Source: Antedon mediterranea
Taxonomy: Eukaryota > Animalia > Echinodermata
Length of the DNA: 64,000 nt
NCBI RefSeq assembly: GCF_964355755.1
Contig: NC_092680.1
Coordinates: 13,587,045 to 13,651,044, forward strand
Direction: 5' to 3'
How positions within the stretch are numbered: the stretch's first letter is position 1; every line of letters begins with the position of its first letter. Shown one piece after another: positions 13,748-23,539 of this stretch. The notes beneath the pieces are model-generated. The model did no database searches and was not told the DNA's origin. It saw only the letters and a list, made by a program, of their open reading frames with translations. The translations under genes and the position numbers were made by a program.

Positions 13748-14273
13748 AGTTAAAGTTTGATTATACAAACAAAAGTTTGAAGAATAAAACAGAAGCTTAT
13801 TATAAAGAAATAAATATTAAACAGAGTTTATTACAAAGGAATTAATTAAAGAAGATTTAAAGATCACTTTTATTTAAATCTGTTATTAAGTAAAATTGTA
13901 AAAAGAATAAAAATTAGAATCTGAAACTATTTAGCATAACCAAGTATTACAGAGAAGTTTAAATTAATATAAAGTATTTCATCAAGCCAATATTAAGCAG
14001 AAGCTAATTTTTTTATTCAGTGAAATTGTATAATCGAATTATTGAAAAAAAGCAGACAAAAAAAATATTGACAAAGAGAGAATATAAAGTTGAATTGTTT
14101 TTGGAATTTTTAATAATTTATTTTGTTGTAGCAAGGATTTCTTTTTTGAAGTTTGAATTGATAAAAAGAACCTAATTGTAATATTCATTGGAATTGCAGA
14201 ATACATTTTAATTTAATTTGTAAACAAAGTTTTTAAATTTGAAGAAATTATTTTTTTATACAAATTTTGAATA

Positions 14274-17200
14274 ATGGATATGGAATTCATAGCAGTAGTT
14301 GGTATCTTTTTGTTGATTATCTTTACAATCATAATTTATTTGTGTAAGAATGTGAATAAAGAAGTTACAAGTAAAAAGCAGATTTTTGTCAATACAACTG
14401 GTAATGTTAATAATGGAGTTATTGATAAGACAGCAGAATTTAAAATAGTTGTTAATGACATCTTGGACCTACTTGATAAATGCTGTTCAACTGAGAATGT
14501 CAAAGACGAGAGAAATGATGATACAGGTAATGTCAATTGTGAATTTATGAAAGATACAACTGAATTTAAAGAAATAATTAATGATATCATAAACATATTA
14601 TCTTATGGTACAGAGGACACTTCAAAGTTTGGTGATACATGCGATTTATGTAGTATTGAAGTGAAAGCAGACGACAATTGCATAAAATGTGACTGTTGTA
14701 GTCAATTTTTTCATGTGAAATGTGTAAGAGATGTTTTTGAAGACAAACTATGTGATTCCAGAGTAATTTGGATTTGTTCAATGTGTGGGTATAGTAGTTT
14801 TGTTGATAACATATTAGGTGAAATAGGTATTCCCTGTCATTTCAATAGATATACGATTCTAGAACCTGATGAATCTGTCACTGCAGACTTTCCAGAATTA
14901 ACGAAAAATAAGGAAAAACGTAATAATGCCAAATTAAAAAAATATCAACAAACAGGAAGTGAAGATTTACTTGGTACTGATTGGATAAGGGTAAAATCAA
15001 AGAAAAGAACCGACAACAGAAAAAAAAGTAAATGTAAAAATAGAGGAAATAAGAAAAGGAGAAAGCGCGTTATAAATGGTATAAGTATAGAACGAGGTGT
15101 AAACTATATTGGCAAAGGTGTAAAAGATTTCTATGAAAGACGAAATAATAACAAAATGGAATGGAACATGAATACAAGTACTTATAGAGAATACAAGGAA
15201 AATGACGAAACAAATGGTAAGCCTATGTGTGATGTTTTGAAAAATACAAAGGTAACAAACGGAATACAACAACAATCAGGTGGTGGTTCGAAACGAAATA
15301 GCAAGGGTCGTTTTGTCAAAAGTAAAAAGATTGATAACAAAGAATCACAAGATAATATGAACCTGAATTTAAAACACCACAAGAATGATTGCGATACTAT
15401 GGAACGGATTGGCGAAGATATTATTTTAAAGAAAGGTAAAAATGACAATTCAGAAATGAAAACTGATGACGACTTTAAAATGAAATGTACTGAAGAAAAC
15501 GACAACACAGCGACTGACGATGTGAAATTACAAAATAGTAGCAAAATGAATGACAGAACTAATAGATTTGATAGTAATGTTACAGATCATAAAAATCAAA
15601 CATGTGCAAGTTGTGAATTTGAGGAAAATGAAGTATTGATAATTGATGACGGATGCAAAAAGGCAGTGACTGAAAAAATTAGGTCCCATACTAAACCTAA
15701 ATGTGACAAACATACTATCGATGTGGATATTGAAGTTTTAACAAAAATTAATTTTTCGGAAGAGTTGATAATCGATAATGTACCAAAACAAAAATATACA
15801 CGAAAAAGGCAGAAAACACAATCAATAAATGAATTACAAGTATATAATAGTAATGAAACTATAACTGTAGCACAGGGTAATTTTAATCAAGGGAATTATA
15901 GATTTGGCTTTGCAAGTGGTAAACAGTGTGTTGCAAATAGTCTTGTAGCTATTCTTTATTCTACAAAGAGGAATGAAAATGAATTTTACACCAAAGACCT
16001 TGATACAATATTGACTCTTGGAAACGAGTTGTACTGTTACATTCAGAAAGATTCCACTATGCACGAGGACCTTTTAATGATTTCTGAACTGCCGAAAGAA
16101 TTGGATATCTTGGATAACACATTTGTAATATCTCCCAAAGAATCAGTTTTTGGCATAATAGATGGGAATCTCGAATTTATGGCTGAATATGGAGCCTTGT
16201 CATTAAACCAAGCTCTTGAAAAGGAATTACACCAACATGATGCATTTTTTATGAATTTCAACAGAAGCACATTTTCTATTATCAAACGTGTAAATGGATT
16301 TCTTATATTTGATCCACATGCAAGAGATCGATTTGGTTGTGTTAGTGAACATGGAAAGAGTATTTTACTTTACAGTCCATCTTGGCAAGGTGTGTACGAT
16401 TATTGTATAAGATTAGCAAGGTCAATGAACTGTAATTTACATGAAACCGAGTTTGAACTGACTGGTGTAAATATTGAAAATAAGTCTATGATGTTATGTT
16501 CCGCTTCTGTGCTCGATGATAATTGTGAACAAAGAAACTTGGGAAACGTCGATGTTGATGAACCTAGTACGTCTTATCAGTATAAATGTAGTACAAGATT
16601 ACCAGAAAAGAATATTGATTCTAATGTTAAAGGCCAAAAACATAATAAAGAAGGTCATGTCTCATCAAGTAATGGATGGCAAAGTGATAGTGATATTGAA
16701 ATTGTTAATGTTCAGTATGGAGAAAGACCTGACAAGAATTTTAAATTTATTCCTATCTCAGAAGCACAAAAAAAAAACATGTGTAATGAAGTAGGCATTC
16801 ATTGTGAACATACCGATATGAATTGTGGTATTAACAGAACTAGTCAGATTGGACATCCTCTTCAAATTACGAATATTACAGGTGATGGTAATTGTTTTTA
16901 TCGTGCAATTTCATACATTATTTCTGGGACTGAAGATAATCATTTACTTTTAAGAAGAGCAATTACTAATCATTTATTGGAAACTGATGACTTATTTATT
17001 AATACATTTAGTCACGAATATAGATCAGTTAAGGAATATGTGTTTAAAAAAAGAATATTGGATAATGGAACGTGGGCATCCAATACTGAAATAAGTGCAA
17101 TGGCAAACTTGCTTAATACAGATATTTATTCATTTAATGATCAACTTTTGACGTGGCAATTGTTTTCTGCTAAAAAGCCGGGAAGAATAGATGATGTTAC

Positions 17201-20200
17201 AACTGACAATGGTATATATATTTTGTACACCATGAATGTGCATTTTAATGTAGTGGAATCTGTCAATGTTAGTCAAAATAATGTTCAGGAAACAACAGGA
17301 AAAGTTGATATGAATGTGACATCGCACAATAAACTGTCAAATACAGAGGCGATTTTTTTGGTAAAGAATTCTACAACAAAGAAACGAAAGCAAACGGAGA
17401 ATGAAACTTGTGACATATTTGAAGATATAGAACCAAAACACAAACAGAGTAAAACTGTTGAAAAACCTTGTTCAGAAAGCAGAGGAAAATTATTGAGAGG
17501 AAAACGAAAAAAATCTTATAGAATTAAAAAAGAAAGTGAAAAGAATCGGCAGAGAATAAAACGGGAAAGAGAAAAAAAAAATAATTCAGAAAAAACAAAT
17601 GAAATCGGAAGCAAATATCAAAGTGATTTTGTATACAGGGAGAAAAAGAAACGTAAAGTAAAAGAGGCGCAAAAAATAAGGTATTGTGATTGTGATGATG
17701 ATTATAAATTCCAAAAAAGGAAGGAAAACAGAGAAAGACAACACAAAATGTATAGATGTAAACATGAATATAATGTTAAGGTACGAAATAAGGCTAGACA
17801 TAACTACAACATTGATTTTGATTACCGAACGACGAAAAAATTCAAGAATTTGTTAAATTATAAATTTAATGAAAAGTTTGCGCAAAATTTGAAAGAAATA
17901 AAGAAGAATAGATACAACAATGATACAATATTTAGAAATAAAACTAGACAAAACAATAAACAAAGAAATAAGAAAAAGTATCAAAATGATCCAACATTTC
18001 GACAAAACTTGAAGCAAAAATTAGCAGAGAAGTATTGTAATAATTCAAAATTCAGAGAAAACGTTACCCAAAAATTGACAGAGAAGTATCGGAATAATTT
18101 GAAATTTCGACAAAAGTGTAAGCAGAAATTGGCAGAGAAGTATCGGAGTGATTTAAAATTTAGACAAAACTCTAAACTAAAATTGGCTGAGAAATATCAA
18201 GGTAATTTAAAATTCCGTCAAAGGTGTAAGCAAAGATTTACAGAAAAGTATCATGGTGATGAAGGGTTCCGAAAAAAAATCATGAAGAAAAACATGAAAA
18301 ATCGGGAAAAAATCAAAACAGAAAACACTAATTTTGCGTTAGTTTTAGAAAACTTCAGGAAAACAGTTTCTCGTGGTCCTGAATATGTTTGTTGTGTTTG
18401 CTTTAAATTGTTATTCAAAGATCAAGTTATGAAATGCATCAAAGCTAAATACAAAAATAAGGCTTGTATAAATGAAAAGTATTTGCATATTTGCAATAAT
18501 GAATGTAATAAACCTTGTCAATTTGTCGAATCACCAAGATTTTGTTTATGGATTTGTTTCACATGCCACAGGAAATTGTTAAACAGTAAAGTCCCTGCAG
18601 AAGCCAATTCAAACAATTTACAACTACACGATATTCCTCCTGAGCTCAGGTGTTTAAATAATTTAGAGCAGCATTTGATTGGATTAAATATTCCTTTTAT
18701 GAAATTAATGAATTTACCAAAAGGTGGACAGAATGGAATACATGGACCAGTCGTATGTGTACCATCAAATACTATTGAAACTGTAAAAATGTTGCCTAGA
18801 CCAGAGGTTGATGATCAATTAATATCTGTAAAATTGAAGCGAAAGTTGTCTTACAAAGGTTATTACAAATATAAATTTGTTAAAACTGCCAATGTTATTC
18901 AAGCTCTTAGATATTTACAAGATCATAACAAGTGCTACTTTGATATAGCTATTAATGAAGAATGGCACAATTATTTATCTGAAGATAACATCGAAAGTGA
19001 AACTACTAATGAAAATGAAAACAATGAAGAAGAAGAAAATGAAGAAGAAGTAGGTGCTACCTTCGATACAAGTCTTCAACCTGTTGACAGACGACAAAAT
19101 GTGGTAGATGAATATTTTAATGACATAATTTGTTGTGCACCGTGTGAAAATAATAGCCCTATTGCATTATTAAGTAATAAAAGCAATGAAGCAAAATCAT
19201 TTCCAGTGTTATTTCCAACAGGCCAACCAACATTCCATGATACGAGAGATGTTAAAATAACACTCGGACGTTATTTTCATAATAGATTAATGCATATAGA
19301 TAACAGGTTTGCACAAAATACAGAATTCATATTTTATGCTCAATCGTTATATGAACTTCAACAAATTTTATCAAGTATTTCCATTGCATTGCGAAAAGGG
19401 TCAAGTAAAAAGGATGATTTTAGTAAAGTTACTGTATCCGATTTAAAAAATGTTACCAAAATTGAGGAAATTTTAAAATCTGATAGGGGTTATAAATTTT
19501 TAAAACAAATTCGTGGAACTCCACCGTACTGGCAAGCTACACAGAAAGATATAATAGCAATGGTTAGACAGATTGGAAAACCAACATTCTTTCTTTCATT
19601 CTCAAGTGCTGATTTCCGTTGGAAAGAAATAATGACGACATTGCTAAGTCAGTCTGGAGACCAAAGAAACATTGAAGAATTAGAATGGGCAGATAAATGT
19701 AATTTGTTGAAATCAAATCCAGTGACTGTTGCCAGAATGTTTGATAAACGCTTTCATACTTTTTTGAAAAATGTAATTTTGTCTGAAGCACAGCCTATTG
19801 GTAAAGTCATAGATTATTTTTACCGAATTGAATTTCAAATGAGAGGAAGTCCACATGTTCATATGTTAGTATGGGTTGAAAATGCTCCTATTTTTGGTAC
19901 AGATAAAGATGACGAAGTTATTAATTTTGTCGATAAATATATTTCTTGTGCTGTGCCATGTGAAACTGTAGATCCTGAACTGAATGAAATTGTTAAAAGT
20001 GTGCAAATTCACAGTAAAAGACATTCTAAATCATGTAAAAAAAAGGGAACAAATTGCAGATTTAACTTTCCCAGACAACCTTCTGGAAATACATTTGTTA
20101 TGAGACCTACAATTGTGGATAAAGACAATGATGATAATGATGACAATAAACAAGCAATGGAACTGTTAACCTCAGTAAAAGATGCTGTGACTAATGAAGA

Positions 20201-23200
20201 AACATATAAAAATGCAATAGACCTTTTCCAAAGTTTAGGTATTACACAAAATGCATTTGAGAAAGCAAATAATTGTGTAGCTACTGAGGAAAAGATTGTT
20301 ATAAAGAGAAACCCTCAAGATGTGTGGGTAAATCAATATAATCCTTCCTTATTGAGAGCATGGAATGCTAATATGGATATTCAATATATTACAAATGTAT
20401 ATGCATGTATAATTTACGTTATAGGATATATGTCAAAATCTGAACGTGAAATGGGTTTACTGTTAAATCATGCAGCATCAGAAGTAAAAGAAGGCAATGA
20501 AGATGCTAGGCAAAGTTTGCGAAAACTTGGTAATGTTTATATGAATAATCGAGAAGTGTCTGCACAAGAAAGTATTTATCGTGTTTGTAGTTTAAGATTA
20601 AAAGAATGTTCAAGGAAAGTTGAATTTATCCCAGTAGGACCTAATCCTGTCAGAATGAGTTTACCACTAAGTGTAATTAAAAACAAAGCAGATGATGATG
20701 TAAGTGCATGGTTGCCAAATAAGATCGACAAATATAAAGCTCGACCTAATAGTTCTGAATTTAATAAAATGTGCCTTGCAAAATTTTGTTCAGAATATAG
20801 AATATTGAGTTCATCAGAAATGAAAGGAAACAAACAAAAAAAGAATGTATTTCAGTTAAAAAAACAGTTGGGATTCATCCAAAAAAGAACACGAACTAGT
20901 AATGCTATAGTAAGATACCCTCGATTTCCAATGGATACAGCACCTGAGAAATATTTTTTGAGTATACTTCAGTTATTTCTACCATTTCGAAAAGATGAAC
21001 AGTTAAAACCTCCAAATTTTGAAACGTATGAACAATTTCATGAGAAAGGATGTGTGAAATTATGTGGCTGTCAATTACAAACGGTAAAGTCAATAGTTCA
21101 TGGAAACATGGAACAATATGAAAAAAGTGCTGATGATGTTGAAGAAGCACAGGAATGTTTATCAAAATTTGGACCACAAGAAGATGCATGGAGTTTATTA
21201 TGTCCAGAAAGCGAAAAAGAAAGGTTAGACAACCCAAAGCCAAATGTAGAGGTTGATGATGAAGAAGATGAATTTTTCATTCCAGATTTTGGAATTCAAA
21301 AAAATCATACATCTAAAGTAGAGTCTAATTCATCTAATATTCCAAGACCAGAATTGAACAAAATGATTCGATCTTTAAATGAAAAACAACAACATATATT
21401 TTATAAGACAAGACAATGGTGTTTAGACAAAGTTAATGGTAAAAAACCTGAAGCATTTTACACTTTCATAACTGGAGGCGCTGGTACAGGAAAAAGTCAT
21501 TTGGTAAATTGTATTTATAATGAAGCGACACGTATTCTTGGAAAGATTATGGAAAATCCCGATGATTTGTCAATATTGAAATTAGCTCCTACAGGAATCG
21601 CAGCATATAATATTAAAGGTCAAACAATTCATAGCGCTTTGTCTATCCCGATTAATATTTCACTTCCGTATCAACCACTTGGAGAAGAAAAAATAAGTGC
21701 ACTTCGTAATAAATTTGGCCAGTTGCAAATTGTTATTATAGATGAAATATCAATGGTAAATCAAAGGTTACTTTGGTATATCCACGGACGATTAAGGCAA
21801 ATAAAACAAGTACGCAACGATAGTCCATTTGGTAACATTTCAGTAATTGCTGTTGGTGATTTTTATCAGTTACCCCCGGTGATGGGCAGTTCGTTATATA
21901 AAGACACATTGGAAAGCTCACTGTGGATAGATAACTTTAAGCAAGTACAGTTAGATCAAATCATGAGGCAAAAAGAAGATAAACAATTTGCTTTATTGTT
22001 AAACAAATTGCGTACAAAAGAAAAACATGATTGTTTGTCTGATAACGATTTATTAGTTCTAAAATCACGTGAAACAGGTGAAGAATGTGAAGATGCTGTT
22101 CATATTTACCCACGCAACAAACAAGTTGATGAATGGAATAAAAAAATGTTGCACAAAACCTGTACAGACATTGTATGCATTAAAGCAGAAGATAGTGTAG
22201 TAAATAGCAAGAAACAGAGCAAAAATTGTGACAAACCTCGGAATTCACGTCAAACTAGTTTACTAAATTATTTGTGGATTGCAATTAATGCCAGAGTGAT
22301 GTTGATTAAAAATGTAGATGTTAAAAAAGGCTTAACGAATGGATGTATGGGACATGTTGATGAAATAGTCAAACCTGATCATAACACCGAACCAGTATCT
22401 ATTAAAGTAAAATTTGACAATAATGACATTGGTATTCAGGCAATTGAAATGTTTAAAGAATCTATGGGGAAAAAATACAGTCGAAAACAATTTCCTCTCA
22501 AATTAGCATATGCATGCACAGTTCATAAAGTGCAAGGAATGACAATGGATAAAGCAGTGGTTTGCCTTAAAGATACTTTTACGCATGGTCAAGCATATGT
22601 AGGCCTCAGTCGTGTTACTTCAATAACTGGACTTACTATTGAAAATTTTAAACCTAGTCTGATTTATTGTGATCCAAACATAAAGAAGTGCTTAAATAAT
22701 ATGGATTCATACGTACAATGTGATAAACAAGGTCATGATTCGGCTTCTAGATTTTCAATAATGTTACATAACATTCAAGGGCTTAAACAACATTTTGTTG
22801 ATCTTCAGTGTAATGATTTGTTTATGAATTCTAATGTCATATGTCTAACTGAAACATGGTTAAACAAGGATGATGATTTTTTTGACGTACGCATTGAGCC
22901 GTATAAATTGTATCACCAAGCAAGGTATGATTCGTATTCTAATACAAATGATCTCAGTTCCAAAATAAAACATCAGGCTCATGGTGGCGTTGCAGTGTAT
23001 GCAAAGAATACGTCTTCAAGCAGATTAAACATATGTAATAATGATATAGAAGCAGTTTCATTTTTAATAACAAGTCCGATTTCTGTTGCCGTGTCAGTAA
23101 TTTATCGACCCCCAAGTTATGATATTAATCAATTCTGTCAAAATTTGAGAAAACATTTGGAAGAGTTACATAAAATGAGCACAAAATGTATTGTAATGGG

Positions 23201-23405
23201 TGATTTTAATGAAAATCTTTTCAAACAAACTTCCAGAGTGAATAATTTAATGGTAGAGAATGAGTACAAACAACATGTTACATGTTCTACAACTGAAAAC
23301 AATACATTGATTGATCATGTTTATAGCAAAGGTCTTGATTCAGTACAGGCTGAAGTAATTCCAATTTATTATAGCTATCATGAAGCCATTCAAATTAAAT
23401 TTTAA
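14274..23405 (+). CDS. Helentron Rep/helicase/endonuclease polyprotein, 3043 aa (PHD, herpes-type DUB, OTU, HUH Rep, Pif1 helicase, EEP/AP endonuclease)
   Basis: Uninterrupted ORF. PHD-like CDLC..CIKCDCC..HVKC..CSMC (aa ~123-171). QGNFNQG..GKQCVANSL plus FDPHAR (aa ~534-684; UL36/BPLF1-type Cys protease). GDGNCFYRAIS..W..HFNVV (aa ~870-994; OTU). EFQMRGSPHVHMLVW (HUH with the Helentron-type S, aa ~1861). YVIGYMSK (Y2, aa ~2048). GGAGTGKS, DEISM, GDFYQLPPV, HKVQG, YVGLSR (Pif1, from aa ~2401). HNIQGL, LTETWL, GDFN, IDHVY, SYH (EEP, from aa ~2832). Confidence 0.96.
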   Translation: MDMEFIAVVGIFLLIIFTIIIYLCKNVNKEVTSKKQIFVNTTGNVNNGVIDKTAEFKIVVNDILDLLDKCCSTENVKDERNDDTGNVNCEFMKDTTEFKEIINDIINILSYGTEDTSKFGDTCDLCSIEVKADDNCIKCDCCSQFFHVKCVRDVFEDKLCDSRVIWICSMCGYSSFVDNILGEIGIPCHFNRYTILEPDESVTADFPELTKNKEKRNNAKLKKYQQTGSEDLLGTDWIRVKSKKRTDNRKKSKCKNRGNKKRRKRVINGISIERGVNYIGKGVKDFYERRNNNKMEWNMNTSTYREYKENDETNGKPMCDVLKNTKVTNGIQQQSGGGSKRNSKGRFVKSKKIDNKESQDNMNLNLKHHKNDCDTMERIGEDIILKKGKNDNSEMKTDDDFKMKCTEENDNTATDDVKLQNSSKMNDRTNRFDSNVTDHKNQTCASCEFEENEVLIIDDGCKKAVTEKIRSHTKPKCDKHTIDVDIEVLTKINFSEELIIDNVPKQKYTRKRQKTQSINELQVYNSNETITVAQGNFNQGNYRFGFASGKQCVANSLVAILYSTKRNENEFYTKDLDTILTLGNELYCYIQKDSTMHEDLLMISELPKELDILDNTFVISPKESVFGIIDGNLEFMAEYGALSLNQALEKELHQHDAFFMNFNRSTFSIIKRVNGFLIFDPHARDRFGCVSEHGKSILLYSPSWQGVYDYCIRLARSMNCNLHETEFELTGVNIENKSMMLCSASVLDDNCEQRNLGNVDVDEPSTSYQYKCSTRLPEKNIDSNVKGQKHNKEGHVSSSNGWQSDSDIEIVNVQYGERPDKNFKFIPISEAQKKNMCNEVGIHCEHTDMNCGINRTSQIGHPLQITNITGDGNCFYRAISYIISGTEDNHLLLRRAITNHLLETDDLFINTFSHEYRSVKEYVFKKRILDNGTWASNTEISAMANLLNTDIYSFNDQLLTWQLFSAKKPGRIDDVTTDNGIYILYTMNVHFNVVESVNVSQNNVQETTGKVDMNVTSHNKLSNTEAIFLVKNSTTKKRKQTENETCDIFEDIEPKHKQSKTVEKPCSESRGKLLRGKRKKSYRIKKESEKNRQRIKREREKKNNSEKTNEIGSKYQSDFVYREKKKRKVKEAQKIRYCDCDDDYKFQKRKENRERQHKMYRCKHEYNVKVRNKARHNYNIDFDYRTTKKFKNLLNYKFNEKFAQNLKEIKKNRYNNDTIFRNKTRQNNKQRNKKKYQNDPTFRQNLKQKLAEKYCNNSKFRENVTQKLTEKYRNNLKFRQKCKQKLAEKYRSDLKFRQNSKLKLAEKYQGNLKFRQRCKQRFTEKYHGDEGFRKKIMKKNMKNREKIKTENTNFALVLENFRKTVSRGPEYVCCVCFKLLFKDQVMKCIKAKYKNKACINEKYLHICNNECNKPCQFVESPRFCLWICFTCHRKLLNSKVPAEANSNNLQLHDIPPELRCLNNLEQHLIGLNIPFMKLMNLPKGGQNGIHGPVVCVPSNTIETVKMLPRPEVDDQLISVKLKRKLSYKGYYKYKFVKTANVIQALRYLQDHNKCYFDIAINEEWHNYLSEDNIESETTNENENNEEEENEEEVGATFDTSLQPVDRRQNVVDEYFNDIICCAPCENNSPIALLSNKSNEAKSFPVLFPTGQPTFHDTRDVKITLGRYFHNRLMHIDNRFAQNTEFIFYAQSLYELQQILSSISIALRKGSSKKDDFSKVTVSDLKNVTKIEEILKSDRGYKFLKQIRGTPPYWQATQKDIIAMVRQIGKPTFFLSFSSADFRWKEIMTTLLSQSGDQRNIEELEWADKCNLLKSNPVTVARMFDKRFHTFLKNVILSEAQPIGKVIDYFYRIEFQMRGSPHVHMLVWVENAPIFGTDKDDEVINFVDKYISCAVPCETVDPELNEIVKSVQIHSKRHSKSCKKKGTNCRFNFPRQPSGNTFVMRPTIVDKDNDDNDDNKQAMELLTSVKDAVTNEETYKNAIDLFQSLGITQNAFEKANNCVATEEKIVIKRNPQDVWVNQYNPSLLRAWNANMDIQYITNVYACIIYVIGYMSKSEREMGLLLNHAASEVKEGNEDARQSLRKLGNVYMNNREVSAQESIYRVCSLRLKECSRKVEFIPVGPNPVRMSLPLSVIKNKADDDVSAWLPNKIDKYKARPNSSEFNKMCLAKFCSEYRILSSSEMKGNKQKKNVFQLKKQLGFIQKRTRTSNAIVRYPRFPMDTAPEKYFLSILQLFLPFRKDEQLKPPNFETYEQFHEKGCVKLCGCQLQTVKSIVHGNMEQYEKSADDVEEAQECLSKFGPQEDAWSLLCPESEKERLDNPKPNVEVDDEEDEFFIPDFGIQKNHTSKVESNSSNIPRPELNKMIRSLNEKQQHIFYKTRQWCLDKVNGKKPEAFYTFITGGAGTGKSHLVNCIYNEATRILGKIMENPDDLSILKLAPTGIAAYNIKGQTIHSALSIPINISLPYQPLGEEKISALRNKFGQLQIVIIDEISMVNQRLLWYIHGRLRQIKQVRNDSPFGNISVIAVGDFYQLPPVMGSSLYKDTLESSLWIDNFKQVQLDQIMRQKEDKQFALLLNKLRTKEKHDCLSDNDLLVLKSRETGEECEDAVHIYPRNKQVDEWNKKMLHKTCTDIVCIKAEDSVVNSKKQSKNCDKPRNSRQTSLLNYLWIAINARVMLIKNVDVKKGLTNGCMGHVDEIVKPDHNTEPVSIKVKFDNNDIGIQAIEMFKESMGKKYSRKQFPLKLAYACTVHKVQGMTMDKAVVCLKDTFTHGQAYVGLSRVTSITGLTIENFKPSLIYCDPNIKKCLNNMDSYVQCDKQGHDSASRFSIMLHNIQGLKQHFVDLQCNDLFMNSNVICLTETWLNKDDDFFDVRIEPYKLYHQARYDSYSNTNDLSSKIKHQAHGGVAVYAKNTSSSRLNICNNDIEAVSFLITSPISVAVSVIYRPPSYDINQFCQNLRKHLEELHKMSTKCIVMGDFNENLFKQTSRVNNLMVENEYKQHVTCSTTENNTLIDHVYSKGLDSVQAEVIPIYYSYHEAIQIKF

Positions 23406-23539
23406 TTGCATCAATGGTTTTTAAGTATTTGAATTATATTTCTGTAAAAACTTTTTAGGAATTGAAAATAGAACTGGATACAAATAAAAAAAAAACAATT
23501 TGATAAAAACAAGCTGAAAATCATTTTGACCCTCTAGGC

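Noticed and set aside
14336-21921. Antisense and alternative-frame ORFs overlapping the RepHel gene
   Set aside because: Short shadows of a long AT-rich ORF with no motifs.
14274-23405. Endogenous herpesvirus or a LINE, suggested by the DUB and endonuclease domains
   Set aside because: No capsid, polymerase or reverse transcriptase; HUH Rep + Pif1 + EEP order and the termini identify a Helentron.
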